In this document: positions 21,269 to 33,245 of the stretch, piece by piece
Position numbering within the stretch: position 1 is the stretch's first letter
Layout of the letters: the number at the start of each line of letters is the position of its first letter
Assembly (NCBI GenBank): GCA_041496385.1
Contig: JBGQEL010000022.1
Coordinates: forward strand, 1-52,848
DNA from: Candidatus Methylomirabilia bacterium
GTDB taxonomy: Bacteria > Methylomirabilota > Methylomirabilia > Rokubacteriales > CSP1-6
Direction: 5' to 3'
Length of the DNA: 52,848 nucleotides
Program-made: the position numbers and the translations under genes
Notes under the pieces: generated by a model
The model's input: the letters and a program-made list of their open reading frames with translations, nothing else
Told to the model about the DNA's origin: nothing
Databases searched by the model: none

Positions 21269-21850
21269 GTGACCAAGACCCGCTGGAGAGTCGCGATCCT
21301 CGACGACCACGAGCGGTCCCGAGCGGAGCTGCGCGCCGCCATCTGGAGTGCGGGCGGCGAGGTCGTGGGCGAGGCGGTTCGCTGCGCCGACGCCGTCCCG
21401 CTGATCAAGCGCGCCAGCCCCGACGTTTCGATCTTCGCCGTCGGGCTGCCCGACGGGGACGGGATTGACGCGGCGGCGGACGCGACGGCCAGCAGCGACT
21501 GTCCCGTCGTTCTCTTCACCAGCCACACCGGCGCGGAGCTGGTCACGCGCGCCCGCGAGGCCGGCGTCATGGCGTATCTCGTGAAGCCGCTGCGCGCCGC
21601 CGAGCTCGCGCCCGCCCTCGACCTCGCGATCGCCCGGTTCGCCGAGAACCGTCAGCTGCGCCAGACGCTCGAGGGCCGCAAGTACATCGAGCGCGCCAAG
21701 GGCGCGCTCATGGCGCGCTTCGGGCTCACGGAGGACGAAGCGTTTCGCCGCCTCCGCCGGGCGGCGATGGACCGCCGCAAGCCCATGGTGGACATCGCCA
21801 AGGCGCTGCTCGTCTCGGAGTCAGTCGCCCAAGACCTGCCTACCCGTTAG
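21269..21850 (+). CDS. ANTAR-domain regulator with pseudo-receiver domain (AmiR/NasT-like); start GTG 21269 or ATG 21257
   Basis: REC fold (ILDDH, AGVMAYLVKP) with PDVSIFAVGLP at the phospho-Asp position; ANTAR RKYIERAKGALM...EDEAFRRLRRAAMDRRKPM. Confidence 0.9.
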   Translation: MTKTRWRVAILDDHERSRAELRAAIWSAGGEVVGEAVRCADAVPLIKRASPDVSIFAVGLPDGDGIDAAADATASSDCPVVLFTSHTGAELVTRAREAGVMAYLVKPLRAAELAPALDLAIARFAENRQLRQTLEGRKYIERAKGALMARFGLTEDEAFRRLRRAAMDRRKPMVDIAKALLVSESVAQDLPTR

Positions 21851-21853
21851 GCA
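21807..21853. promoter_or_regulatory. Putative bEBP enhancer sites upstream of urtA
   Basis: Palindrome TGCCTA-CCCGT-TAGGCA (21837-21853, overlapping the ANTAR stop) plus weaker TGCTCGTCTCGGAGTCA 30 bp upstream. Confidence 0.7.
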
Positions 21854-21904
21854 CGACTACCACTCGGCTTGTCGTAAAGACCCGGAAAAACTGGACCGGC
21901 CATT

Positions 21905-21920
21905 CGGTACGGCCTTTGCT
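21905..21920 (+). promoter_or_regulatory. Sigma54 promoter of the urt-ure operon
   Basis: CGGTAC-GGCCT-TTGCT (GG-N10-GC). Confidence 0.7.
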
Positions 21921-21934
21921 CTGCACACGCCCAG

Positions 21935-21982
21935 CCGCGGCCAGGGGAGTCCGCGGACGACGCGCCAGTGATGCCGCGATCG
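21935..21982 (+). ncRNA. Putative ANTAR-target dual-hexaloop leader RNA
   Basis: Hairpin 1 CCGCGGCC-AGGGGA-GTCCGCGG; hairpin 2 CGCGCC-AGTGAT-GCCGCG; both loops have A1/G4 and a C-G closing pair. Confidence 0.7.
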
Positions 21983-22014
21983 AGACCAAACCACCTGAGT
22001 CGAAAGGAGACGGT

Positions 22015-23307
22015 ATGGCAGAGTTCTCACGTCGCGTTTTCCTGAAGGGCTCGCTCGCGGCAGGGACCGCGCTCGGCGCGGGCCTCGGATTCCCCAACGT
22101 TCTGAGGGCGCAGGAGACGGTCAAGATCGGCGTTCTGCACTCGCTCTCGGGCACCATGGCCATCAGCGAGGTCTCGCTGCGGGACGTCGTGCTCATGGCG
22201 GTCGACGAGATCAACGCCAAGGGCGGGGTGATGGGCAAGAAGATCTCGCCCGTCGTCGTCGATCCCGCGTCGAACTGGGACCTCTTCGCGGAGAAGGCCA
22301 AGCAGCTCCTGCTCCAGGACAAGGTCGCCGTCGTCTTCGGCTGCTGGACGTCGGTCAGCCGGAAGTCGGTCCTGCCCGTGTTCGAGAACAACAACGGCCT
22401 GCTCTTCTACCCGGTCCAGTATGAAGGCGAGGAGTGCTCGAAGAACGTCTTCTACACCGGCGCCACGCCGAACCAGCAGCTGATCCCCGGCGCCGAATAC
22501 CTGATGTCGAAAGAAGGCGGTAGCTACAAGAAGTTCTACCTGCTCGGAACCGACTACGTGTTCCCGCGGACGGCCAACAAGATCCTCCGGGCGTTCCTGC
22601 TCGCCAAGGGCGTGCCCGCGACCAACATCGAGGAGGAGTACACGCCGTTCAACCATCAGGACTACCAGACGATCGTCGGCAAGATCAAGCGCTTCTCCTC
22701 CGGTGGCGGCGCCTGTGTGCTCTCGACGATCAACGGCGACAGCAACGTGCCCTTCTACAAGGAGTTCGGTAACCAGGGCCTGCGGTCCGAGAACGCGCCG
22801 ATCATGGCGTACAGCGTGGCCGAGGACGAGCTGCGCGGTATGGATACCTCGGTCCTCGTCGGCCACCTCGCCGCCTGGAACTACTTCCAGTCGGTGGAGA
22901 ACGCGAACAACAAGAAGTTCGTGAACGCATTCAAGGCCTTCGCCAAGAAGAACAACCTGCCCGGCGGTGACAAGCGCGTCACCGACGACCCGATGGAGGC
23001 GGCCTACTTCGGCGTCTACATCTGGAAGCAGGCGGTCGAGAAGGCCAAGAGCTTCGAGGTCGACGCCGTTCGGAAGGCCGTCTACGGCCAGACGTTTGCG
23101 GCGCCCGTCGGCACCATCAAGATGCACGACTACAACCACCACACGTGGCGCCCGGTGCTCATCGGCGAGATTCTCAAGAATGGTCAGTTCAAGATTATCT
23201 CGCGCACCAAGGGCAACGTGGAGCCGGAGCCGTGGTCGAAATACACCAGCCCGGACAAGGGCTGCGACTGGGTCAAGCACCAGGGTACGTATCAGAAGAA
23301 GGCGTGA
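22015..23307 (+). CDS. urtA: Urea ABC transporter substrate-binding protein (Tat signal)
   Basis: SRRVFLK Tat motif; IGVLHSLSGTMAISE, FGCWTSVSRKSV, LFYPVQYEG, TGATPNQQ, GTDYVFPRT, STINGDSN. Confidence 0.95.
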   Translation: MAEFSRRVFLKGSLAAGTALGAGLGFPNVLRAQETVKIGVLHSLSGTMAISEVSLRDVVLMAVDEINAKGGVMGKKISPVVVDPASNWDLFAEKAKQLLLQDKVAVVFGCWTSVSRKSVLPVFENNNGLLFYPVQYEGEECSKNVFYTGATPNQQLIPGAEYLMSKEGGSYKKFYLLGTDYVFPRTANKILRAFLLAKGVPATNIEEEYTPFNHQDYQTIVGKIKRFSSGGGACVLSTINGDSNVPFYKEFGNQGLRSENAPIMAYSVAEDELRGMDTSVLVGHLAAWNYFQSVENANNKKFVNAFKAFAKKNNLPGGDKRVTDDPMEAAYFGVYIWKQAVEKAKSFEVDAVRKAVYGQTFAAPVGTIKMHDYNHHTWRPVLIGEILKNGQFKIISRTKGNVEPEPWSKYTSPDKGCDWVKHQGTYQKKA

Positions 23308-24968
23308 AATACCGGTTCATCGTCCTCCTTTCGACGGTCGCGTGGCTCGCCGCGGGAGCGGCGGGCCACGCGGCTCCCGCCCCGCCGTCGCCCGAGGTCG
23401 CGCGCGCGCTCGGCGACCTCACGGGTGACGATTCCGACAAGCGCGAGGCGGCCGTCACCGCCCTCGGCCAGTCGCGCGATCCGAAGTGGCTGCAGTTCCT
23501 GGGCTCGCTCCGCGAGGGCAGCGTCTACGCGCGCACGCGCGCCGGGAAGACCGAGCTCGTCGTCGGCGGGACCAAGGGCACCCGCGGCGACCAGGACGTC
23601 ATCGACGTCGCCTCCGCCTACGACCGGGAGCCGCTCGGCACCGTGCCGCTCGCCGACCTCAAGGAGGTGCCGGCCGACCGGCGGCTCCGGCTCGTCATCA
23701 AACCGTTCCTCGACGCCGACGAGACGAAGACGCAGCTCGCGGACCGAGATCCCGAGGTCCGGCGGGGCGCCGCGATCAAGCTCGGCAACCAGGCCGAGGC
23801 CGCCGCCGTCGGGACGGTGGAGGCGGCGCTCCAGAAGGAGACGGACCGCTGGGTCCGGCAGGCCCTCGCCGAGGCGCTCGCGCAGATCCGGCTGGCCCAC
23901 GGGAGCCCCGCGGAGCGCGTCGCCGCCGCGCGGACTCTCGGTGAGATCCACTCCGCGAGCGCGCGCGAGGCGCTCGGGCGGCTCGCGGCGGACGCCGGCG
24001 CGTCCCCGGCCGAGCGCACCGCCGCCGTGGAAGCCATCCGCCGCCTCGAGCGCTGGGGCCTCCTGACGACGACGGTCGAGACGGTCTTCCAGGGCGCCTC
24101 GCTCGCGTCGATCCTGCTCCTCATGGCGCTGGGCCTCGCGATCGTCTTCGGCCTGATGGGCGTGATCAACATGGCGCACGGCGAGCTGATGGCGCTCGGC
24201 GCGTACGCGACGTTCGTCGTCCAGAACTGGTTTCGCGCGACGTGGCCGGACCGCATCGACCTCTACTTCGCCGTCGCGCTGCCGGTCTCGTTCCTGGTCG
24301 CGGCGGTGGTGGGACTGATCCTCGAGCGGGGGGTGATCCGCTTCCTCTACGGGCGGCCGCTCGAGACGCTGCTTCTCACGTGGGGCGCGTCGCTGATCAT
24401 CCAGCAGGGGTTGCGGCTCTGGTTCGGCGCCGCCAACGTGGACGTCAGCTCGCCGCGCTGGCTCTCGGGCGGCGTGCCGGTCATGGTCGGCGTCACCCTG
24501 CCGTACAACCGGGTCTTCATCATCGGGCTGGCAACCGTTTCGGTGGCCGCGACCTACTGGCTGCTCTTTCGGACCAGCGCGGGTCTGCGGATCCGCGCCG
24601 TCACGCAGAACCGCGCGATGAGCGCGTGCCTGGGGGTGCGCGCCGGCGTCGTCGACGCGACCACGTTCGCCTTCGGCGCCGGCCTCGCGGGCCTGGCCGG
24701 CTCCGCGCTCACGCAGATCGGCAACGTGGGCCCGTCGCTGGGCCAGAACTACATCGTGGACTCGTTCATGGTGGTCGTGACGGGCGGGGTGGGGAAGCTC
24801 GCCGGGACCATCTTCGCCGCGGCGGGGATCGGCGGGCTCACGAAGGGGATCGAGCCGGCACTCGGCGCGGTGTTCGGCAAGGTCGCGATCCTCGTCGGCG
24901 TCATCCTGTTTCTGCAGCGGCGGCCGGCCGGCCTGTTCGCGGCGCGGGGACGGAATGCCGAGGCGTGA
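23304..24968 (+). CDS. urtB: Urea ABC transporter permease with N-terminal HEAT-like domain
   Basis: GLAIVFGLMGVINMAHGE, RFLYGRPLETLL, IRAVTQNRAMS, YIVDSFMVVV. Confidence 0.93.
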   Translation: MKYRFIVLLSTVAWLAAGAAGHAAPAPPSPEVARALGDLTGDDSDKREAAVTALGQSRDPKWLQFLGSLREGSVYARTRAGKTELVVGGTKGTRGDQDVIDVASAYDREPLGTVPLADLKEVPADRRLRLVIKPFLDADETKTQLADRDPEVRRGAAIKLGNQAEAAAVGTVEAALQKETDRWVRQALAEALAQIRLAHGSPAERVAAARTLGEIHSASAREALGRLAADAGASPAERTAAVEAIRRLERWGLLTTTVETVFQGASLASILLLMALGLAIVFGLMGVINMAHGELMALGAYATFVVQNWFRATWPDRIDLYFAVALPVSFLVAAVVGLILERGVIRFLYGRPLETLLLTWGASLIIQQGLRLWFGAANVDVSSPRWLSGGVPVMVGVTLPYNRVFIIGLATVSVAATYWLLFRTSAGLRIRAVTQNRAMSACLGVRAGVVDATTFAFGAGLAGLAGSALTQIGNVGPSLGQNYIVDSFMVVVTGGVGKLAGTIFAAAGIGGLTKGIEPALGAVFGKVAILVGVILFLQRRPAGLFAARGRNAEA

Positions 24969-26151
24969 GACGCTCGCGGTCGGGCTCGCCGCGCTCGTCC
25001 TGGTGGTGATCCTCCCGCTCTGCAACGCGCTGCCGCCGGGATCGCAGCTCGCGGTGTCCAACTTCACGCTGAACCTCTTCGGCAAGTTCCTCACCTACGC
25101 GATCCTGGCCCTCGGGCTCGACCTCCTCTGGGGCTACGCTGGCGTGCTCTCGCTCGGCCACGGCGTCTTTTTCGGCCTGGGCGCCTACGCGATGGGCATG
25201 CATCTCATGCTCGAGATCGGCGCGAAGAGCGTCTACCAGAGCGCGCTGCCCGACTTCATGGTGTGGAACCAGGTCAAGGCGCTGCCGCTCTTCTGGAAGC
25301 CGTTCCAGAGCGTCGCGTTCACGCTGGCCGCGATCGTACTGGTCCCCGCACTCTTCGGGCTCGCGTTCGGCTACCTGGCCTTCCGCAGCCGGATCCGCGG
25401 CGTGTACTTCTCGATCATCACCCAGGCCCTGGCGCTCAGCGCCTGGCTCGTCTTCAACCGCAACGAAATGAAGCTCGGCGGTACGAACGGCCTCGCCGAT
25501 TTCAAGACGATCTTCGGCTTCCCGCTGAACCGGCCGGGGACCCAGCGCGCCCTCTACGTGGTGACGGCCCTGGCGCTCGTCGGCGCGTACCTGCTCTGCC
25601 GCTGGATCACGCTCACGCGCGCCGGCAAGGTGCTCGTGGCCATCCGTGACAGCGAGACGCGCGTGCTCTTCTCCGGCTACTCGCCGGCGGCCTACAAGCT
25701 CTTCGTCTTCGTCGTCTCGGCGGTGCTCGCCGGCGTCGCCGGCGCGCTCTACGCGCCCCAGGTCGGGATCATCACGCCGGCGAAGATCGGCGTGCTCCCG
25801 TCCATCGAGATGGTCGTGTGGGTCGCGGCGGGTGGGCGCGGCACGCTCTATGGCGCCGTGATCGGGGCCTTCGGGGTCAACTGGATCCAGAGCTGGCTGA
25901 CGACCAGCTACCCGGATCTCTGGCTCCTCTTCCTCGGCGGCCTGTTCATGGGCGCGGTCCTGTTCTTTCCCGACGGCGTCGTCGGCGCCCTGGGCCGCGT
26001 GCTCGGGCGCGTCCGCCGCCTCGCGCGCCGAACGACCACCAACCCGAGGGAAGACCCTCCGATTCAATCAATCGGCAAGACAGAGCTCGAAGCACCGCGC
26101 CTCTCTCAGGCCACCCACGCCACGATCCAACCTCACGGGTCCGATAAATGA
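24955..26151 (+). CDS. urtC: Urea ABC transporter permease
   Basis: GLDLLWGYAGVLSLGHG, LPDFMVWN, FRSRIRGVYFSIITQA, SIEMVVWVA. Confidence 0.93.
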   Translation: MPRRETLAVGLAALVLVVILPLCNALPPGSQLAVSNFTLNLFGKFLTYAILALGLDLLWGYAGVLSLGHGVFFGLGAYAMGMHLMLEIGAKSVYQSALPDFMVWNQVKALPLFWKPFQSVAFTLAAIVLVPALFGLAFGYLAFRSRIRGVYFSIITQALALSAWLVFNRNEMKLGGTNGLADFKTIFGFPLNRPGTQRALYVVTALALVGAYLLCRWITLTRAGKVLVAIRDSETRVLFSGYSPAAYKLFVFVVSAVLAGVAGALYAPQVGIITPAKIGVLPSIEMVVWVAAGGRGTLYGAVIGAFGVNWIQSWLTTSYPDLWLLFLGGLFMGAVLFFPDGVVGALGRVLGRVRRLARRTTTNPREDPPIQSIGKTELEAPRLSQATHATIQPHGSDK

Positions 26152-26924
26152 CCGCAGCGGGCAGCATCATCTATCTCGAAGACGTCACGGTGAACTACGA
26201 TGGATTCAAGGCCCTGAGCCGCCTGAATTTCTTCATGGACCGCCGCGAGCTCCGGGTCGTGATCGGCCCGAACGGCGCCGGCAAGACGACGCTGCTCGAC
26301 GTGGTGTCCGGGCGCGTCAAGCCGGAGAGCGGGCGCGTGATCTTCGGTCACAGCACCGACCTCCTCCCGCTCCGTGAGAACGACATCGCGCAGCTCGGGG
26401 TCGGGCGGAAGTTCCAGACGCCGTCGGTGTTCGTGAATCTCACCGTCTGGGACAACGTGGAGCTCTCGCTCCGCCGGGCCTCGAAGGGCGTCTTCGCCGC
26501 GCTCCGCCGCCACGAGCCGGTGGAGGCGCGCGGCCGCATCGCCCGGACGCTCGAGACCGTTCAGCTCGCCGGCAAGGCTGACGCGCAGGCGGGTGCCCTC
26601 TCCCACGGCGAGAAGCAGTGGCTCGAGATCGGCATGGTCATCGCGCAGGACCCCGAGCTGCTCCTCGTCGACGAGCCGGTGGCGGGGATGACCGACGAGG
26701 AGACGGCGCGTACGGGCACGCTGCTCGAGCAGATCGCCGCGGACCGGTCGGTGCTCGTCATCGAGCACGACATGGAGTTCGTCCGGCAGATCGCCCGGAA
26801 GGTCACGGTGCTTCACCAGGGCACGGTGCTCTGCGAGGGGCCCGTGGAGCAGGTCCAGACCGATCCGCGGGTCCTCGAGGTCTACCTCGGGCGCCGACGC
26901 GAGGCGGCCGATGCTGTCCATTAG
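26148..26924 (+). CDS. urtD: Urea ABC transporter ATP-binding protein
   Basis: GPNGAGKT, GRKFQTPSVF, LSHGEKQWLEIGM, DEPVAGMT. Confidence 0.94.
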   Translation: MTAAGSIIYLEDVTVNYDGFKALSRLNFFMDRRELRVVIGPNGAGKTTLLDVVSGRVKPESGRVIFGHSTDLLPLRENDIAQLGVGRKFQTPSVFVNLTVWDNVELSLRRASKGVFAALRRHEPVEARGRIARTLETVQLAGKADAQAGALSHGEKQWLEIGMVIAQDPELLLVDEPVAGMTDEETARTGTLLEQIAADRSVLVIEHDMEFVRQIARKVTVLHQGTVLCEGPVEQVQTDPRVLEVYLGRRREAADAVH

Positions 26925-27600
26925 CGGCCTCTACGTCGCCTACGGCGAGTCGCAGGTGCTCTGGAGCGTGGACCTCGAGGTCGGCGCCGGCGAGCTCGTC
27001 TGCCTCATGGGGCGCAACGGCGTCGGCAAGACCACGCTCCTGAAGGCTGCGATGGGGCTGCTCCCGGCCTGGCGCGGGCGCGTGAGCTTCGACGGGTCGG
27101 AGATCACGGGGTGGTCGCCCGACCGTCGAGCCCGCGCCGGGATCGGCTACGTCCCGCAGGGGCGTGAGATCTTTCCCCACCTCTCCGTGGAGGAGAACCT
27201 CCGCATGGCGCTCCTGGGCTGCGGCCGGGCGACCGCGCTGGACGAGCCGCTCGAGCTGTTCCCGGCGCTCCGGCCGCTCCTCGCGCGCAAGGGCGGCGTC
27301 CTCTCCGGTGGGGAGCAGCAGATGCTGGCGATCGGGCGCGCGCTGCTGACGAAGCCCAAGCTCCTCATGCTCGACGAGCCGACGGAGGGCATCCAGCCGT
27401 CGATCATCCTCGAGATCGAGGCGGCGCTGCGCCGGATCAAGAGCGAGCTCGGGCTGGCCGTGCTGCTCGTCGAGCAGTACCTTGACTTCGCGGAGCGTCT
27501 CGCCGACAAGTACGTGATCATGGCCAAGGGCGCCGTCGTCGCCTCGGGTGCCACCAAGGATCTGAAAGTGGAGATGGTCAGGCGGCACCTGGCGGTCTGA
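26911..27600 (+). CDS. urtE: Urea ABC transporter ATP-binding protein
   Basis: [37 protein letters not shown]. Confidence 0.94.
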   Translation: MLSISGLYVAYGESQVLWSVDLEVGAGELVCLMGRNGVGKTTLLKAAMGLLPAWRGRVSFDGSEITGWSPDRRARAGIGYVPQGREIFPHLSVEENLRMALLGCGRATALDEPLELFPALRPLLARKGGVLSGGEQQMLAIGRALLTKPKLLMLDEPTEGIQPSIILEIEAALRRIKSELGLAVLLVEQYLDFAERLADKYVIMAKGAVVASGATKDLKVEMVRRHLAV

Positions 27601-27625
27601 TACTCATTCGTCTGGAGGTCCGACG

Positions 27626-27928
27626 ATGCACCTCACCCCGCGGGAGCAGGAGAAGCTCCTGATCTTCACCGCCGCCGAGCTGGCGCGCCGCCGGCGCGCG
27701 CGCGGCCTGCAGCTCAACCACCCCGAGGCGCTCGCGCTGATCACCGCGGCGATCCTCGAGGGCATCCGCGACGGCCGGACGGTGTCCGAGCTCATGGCCT
27801 CCGGCCTCTCGATCCTCACACGCGCCGACGTCATGGAGGGCGTGCCGGAGATGATCGACGAGGTGCAGGTGGAGGGGACCTTTCCCGACGGCACCAAGCT
27901 CGTCACGATCCATCATCCGATCCGCTGA
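27626..27928 (+). CDS. ureA: Urease gamma subunit
   Basis: [37 protein letters not shown]. Confidence 0.98.
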   Translation: MHLTPREQEKLLIFTAAELARRRRARGLQLNHPEALALITAAILEGIRDGRTVSELMASGLSILTRADVMEGVPEMIDEVQVEGTFPDGTKLVTIHHPIR

Positions 27929-27935
27929 GCCGGAG

Positions 27936-28472
27936 ATGGACGTCGTCGTCGAGGCGCTGGACACGGTGGTGGCCGCGCGCCGCCGGCCCGAGCTGGCGCG
28001 GCTCCTCGAAGATGCGGTGGACGCGGGGGCCTCGATCGGCTTCATGCCGCCGCTGGCGGCCGGCGAGGCCGACGCCTACTGGCAGAGCGTCATCGCCGCC
28101 CTGGGTGACGGCTCGCGCGTCCTCCTCGGGGCGCGCGCCGAAGACGGCGGGCTCGTCGGCACCGCGCAGCTCGATCTCTGCGCGCGCGCGAACGGCCGCC
28201 ACCGGGCGGAGGTCATGAAGGTCATCGTGCACACGAAGGCGCGGCGCCGGGGGATCGGGCGCGCGCTCATGCTGGCGGCGGAGGCGGAGGCGCGGCGGCG
28301 CGGGCGCACGACGCTCGTTCTCGACACGCGCCGCGGCGACCCGTCCGAGCGGCTCTATGCGGGCGTGGGCTACACGCTGGCCGGCGTCGTGCCCGCCTAC
28401 GCGCGGAGCGCCGACGGGGCGCTCGACCCGAGCGCCTTCTACTTCAAGCTTCTGGAAGGAGGCACCACGTGA
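27936..28472 (+). CDS. GNAT acetyltransferase (tabtoxin-resistance-protein-like)
   Basis: [39 protein letters not shown]. Confidence 0.8.
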   Translation: MDVVVEALDTVVAARRRPELARLLEDAVDAGASIGFMPPLAAGEADAYWQSVIAALGDGSRVLLGARAEDGGLVGTAQLDLCARANGRHRAEVMKVIVHTKARRRGIGRALMLAAEAEARRRGRTTLVLDTRRGDPSERLYAGVGYTLAGVVPAYARSADGALDPSAFYFKLLEGGTT

Positions 28473-28815
28473 TTCCCGGCGAGTATCTGTTGGGCGAGGG
28501 CGACATCGTGGCCAACGCGGGCCGCCGGACGGTCGAGCTGACCGTCGCGAACACGGGCGACCGGCCCATCCAGGTGGGCTCCCACTTCCACTTCTTCGAG
28601 GCGAACCGCGCGCTGCGCTTCGACCGCGCGCAGGCGTTCGGCATGCGCCTGAACGTGCCCGCGGGCACGGCGGTCCGCTTCGAGCCCGGCGACGAGAAGC
28701 GCGTGACGCTCGTCGAGCTCGCGGGCGCGCGGAAGGTGTTCGGCCTGAATGGCCTGACCGATGGCGGCGACCGCGAGCGGGCCCTCGCGAGGCTCGCGGA
28801 GTGGGAGCGTTCGCG

Positions 28816-28819
<4 letters not shown>
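28469..28819 (+). CDS. ureB: Urease beta subunit
   Basis: [40 protein letters not shown]. Confidence 0.98.
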
Positions 28820-30534
<1,715 letters not shown>

Positions 30535-30646
30535 TGGCCGCGCCGATGACCGAGCTCCTCGCCGCGGCCCGGCTCCCTGGAGCACCGGCGGGCGCCGCGG
30601 CCGCGGGCCGCGGGGCCCGTCCGCACGACGAGGATGTGCGCTAGCC

Positions 30647-31105
30647 ATGGCCGAGACGGTGACGGTGGTCACGCACCCGCACGTGCACGTGCACGACGCG
30701 GATCTCTCGCGGCTCGAGCGCGACGCGCTCGTGCTCACAGCCGAGGAGCGACGCTGGGGCCGGCGGCGGGTCACGACGCGCGACGGCCGGACGCTCGCGC
30801 TGGCGCTGCCCACCGGCAGCGTGCTCACGCCGGGAGACATCTTGCACATCGGGCCGGGCTGGTACGTCGTCATCGAGGCGGCGCCCGAGCCCGTGCTGGC
30901 CGTGACCCCGCGCTCACGCGAGGAGGCGATCCGCGTGGCCTTCGAGGTCGGCAACCGGCACTTCACGCTCGCGATCGACGGCGAGCGCCTCCTCGTGCCG
31001 GACGATCCCGCCATGGACCAGCTCCTCACCCGTCTCGGCATCGCCTTCGAGCGCGAGCTGAGGGTCTTCGTCCCCGTGGGCGGGGGGCACCGGCATGACC
31101 ACTGA
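30647..31105 (+). CDS. ureE: Urease accessory protein UreE
   Basis: RRRVTTRDGRTLALALP, EPVLAV, AFEVGNRH; His-rich termini. Confidence 0.88.
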   Translation: MAETVTVVTHPHVHVHDADLSRLERDALVLTAEERRWGRRRVTTRDGRTLALALPTGSVLTPGDILHIGPGWYVVIEAAPEPVLAVTPRSREEAIRVAFEVGNRHFTLAIDGERLLVPDDPAMDQLLTRLGIAFERELRVFVPVGGGHRHDH

Positions 31106-31787
31106 CGCGGCGTTCCTGGCCGTGCTGCAATTCGCCGACGGGCTCTTTCCCGCGGGCGGCTTCGCGCACTCGCTCGGACTCGAGACGTACGCGCAGGAGG
31201 GGCGGGTGCGGGACCGCGACGGCCTCGAGGAGTTCGTGCGGGCGCATCTCGAGGGCGGCGCCGGGCCGTGCGACGCCGTCGCGGTCGCCGCCGCGGCGCG
31301 TCTCGGTCTTGCCGGCGACATCCCGGGGCTCGTCGCCCTCGACGGGCGTCTCGAGGCGATGAAGTGCGTGCCGGAGTTCCGGGCCGCCAGCCGGCAGATG
31401 GGGCGCCAGACCCTCCGCATCGCGGCGGGCCTGGGCGACGACGTGGTCCTGGGAGGCCTGGCGCGTCTGGTGTCGGACGGGCTCGCGCCCGGCCATCACG
31501 CCGTCGCGTTCGGTGCCACGCTCGGGCGCGCGGGCGTCGACGCTGAGCGTGCCGCGGCGGCCTATCTCTACTCCACCGCGGCGCTCCTCGTCGGCGCCGG
31601 ACTCCGCCTCATTGCCCTGGGCCAGCTGGACGGTCAGCGGGTGCTGGCAGGACTGCGGCCGCTCGTCGCGCGCCTTGCCGCCGGTGCGGCGGCGGCGCGG
31701 GTGGAGGACATGTGGAGCTTCAACCCCGGACTCGAGCTGGCGGGGCTCCGCCACGCCGCGCTCGACATGAGGCTGTTCAGGTCATGA
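31095..31787 (+). CDS. ureF: Urease accessory protein UreF
   Basis: [21 protein letters not shown]-terminal H..LDMRLFRS. Confidence 0.93.
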   Translation: MTTDAAFLAVLQFADGLFPAGGFAHSLGLETYAQEGRVRDRDGLEEFVRAHLEGGAGPCDAVAVAAAARLGLAGDIPGLVALDGRLEAMKCVPEFRAASRQMGRQTLRIAAGLGDDVVLGGLARLVSDGLAPGHHAVAFGATLGRAGVDAERAAAAYLYSTAALLVGAGLRLIALGQLDGQRVLAGLRPLVARLAAGAAAARVEDMWSFNPGLELAGLRHAALDMRLFRS

Positions 31788-32419
31788 AACCCGACGCGCG
31801 CATTCCCCGGCCCCTCAAGATCGGCATCGGCGGTCCCGTCGGCTCCGGCAAGACGGCGCTCACCGAGGCCCTCTGCCTGCGCCTCCGCGAGCACACGGAC
31901 ATGGCGGTGATCACCAACGACATCTACACGAAGGAGGACGCCGAGTTCTTGATCCGGCGCGGCGCGCTGCCTGCCGAGCGCGTCGTCGGCGTCGAGACGG
32001 GCGGCTGTCCTCACACCGCGATCCGGGAAGACGCGTCGGTGAATCTGGAGGCGACCGATGCGCTGCTGCGGGCGTTCCCGGACCTCGACCTGCTCTTGAT
32101 CGAAAGCGGCGGCGACAACCTGGCGGCGACCTTCAGCCCCGAGCTGGTGGACGCGACGATCTACGTGATCGACGTCGCCGAGGGCGAGAAGATTCCCCGG
32201 AAGGGCGGGCCCGGCATCACGCGCTCGGACCTGCTCGTGATCAACAAGATCGACCTGGCGCCCCACGTGGGTGCCGACCTCGGCGTGATGGAGCGTGACG
32301 CGCGGCGGATGCGGGGCGATCGGCCGTTCGTGTTCACCAACCTCCGCACGGGCGAAGGCGTCGATGCGATCCTCTCCTGGCTCCGTCGCGAGCTCCTCCT
32401 CGAGCCCGCCACGCGCTGA
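31784..32419 (+). CDS. ureG: Urease accessory GTPase UreG
   Basis: [33 protein letters not shown]. Confidence 0.97.
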   Translation: MKPDARIPRPLKIGIGGPVGSGKTALTEALCLRLREHTDMAVITNDIYTKEDAEFLIRRGALPAERVVGVETGGCPHTAIREDASVNLEATDALLRAFPDLDLLLIESGGDNLAATFSPELVDATIYVIDVAEGEKIPRKGGPGITRSDLLVINKIDLAPHVGADLGVMERDARRMRGDRPFVFTNLRTGEGVDAILSWLRRELLLEPATR

Positions 32420-33245
32420 GGCCGGCGCCTCGCGTGTCGGCCGGGACGGCACGCTCGGGCTCCGGTTCGAGCGTCGCGCCGGTCGGACCGTGGTCGCGGC
32501 CTGCCGGTACACGCTGCCCCTCCAGGTGCTCGCGCCGCTGGCGCTCGAGGGCCCGGCGGCCGTCGTCTCGATGCTCAACCCGACGGGCGGTCTGTTCGGC
32601 GGCGACCGGCTCGCCATCGAGGCCGTGGCCGGCCCCGGCGCCCACGCGCTGCTCACGACTCCGTCGGCGAGCCGCGTCTACCGGGCGCCCGCCGAGGCGA
32701 CCGTCCAGACGGTCGCCCTGCGCCTGGCGCGGGGGGCCGTGGTCGAGTGGGTGCCCGACCACACGATCCCATTCGCGGGCTCGGCGTTCCGCCAGGCGAT
32801 CGACTGTCAGGTCGACGACGGGGCCACGCTCGTGCTGCTCGACGCGTTCGCCGCCGGGCGCGTCGCCCGCGACGAGCTGTGGCGCTTCCGGCTCCTCGAA
32901 AGCGCGCTGACCGTGCGCGATGACCACGGCCTGGTCTTCCACGACCGGTTCGTGCTCGGGGCGGGCGAGGGTGCCGGCCTCGGTGGGACGGAGGGCCACC
33001 CCTACTTCGCCACGCTCCTCGCCGTCGCCGACCGCGGGCTCGACGCCTTCGCTCGGGCGGCGGGTGAAGCGCTCGCGGGAGCGGCGGGAGCGACGGGGGG
33101 TGTGGGGGCGCTCGCCCGGCGCGGCGTCGTCGTGCGGTGTCTCGCCGCGAGCGCCCCGGCGCTGACCGGCGTCTGCGACGCGCTCTGGGCCGCCGCGCGG
33201 CGCGAGCTCCTGGGCCTCCCGCCGCTCTCGCTGCGCAAGCCGTGA
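32364..33245 (+). CDS. ureD: Urease accessory protein UreD; start uncertain
   Basis: [36 protein letters not shown]-terminal LRKP. Confidence 0.9.
   Translation: MRSSPGSVASSSSSPPRAEAGASRVGRDGTLGLRFERRAGRTVVAACRYTLPLQVLAPLALEGPAAVVSMLNPTGGLFGGDRLAIEAVAGPGAHALLTTPSASRVYRAPAEATVQTVALRLARGAVVEWVPDHTIPFAGSAFRQAIDCQVDDGATLVLLDAFAAGRVARDELWRFRLLESALTVRDDHGLVFHDRFVLGAGEGAGLGGTEGHPYFATLLAVADRGLDAFARAAGEALAGAAGATGGVGALARRGVVVRCLAASAPALTGVCDALWAAARRELLGLPPLSLRKP

Noticed and set aside
23304..24060. HEAT-like N-terminal extension of UrtB as a novel fusion
   Set aside because: Long extracytoplasmic N-terminal domains are already known in UrtB proteins
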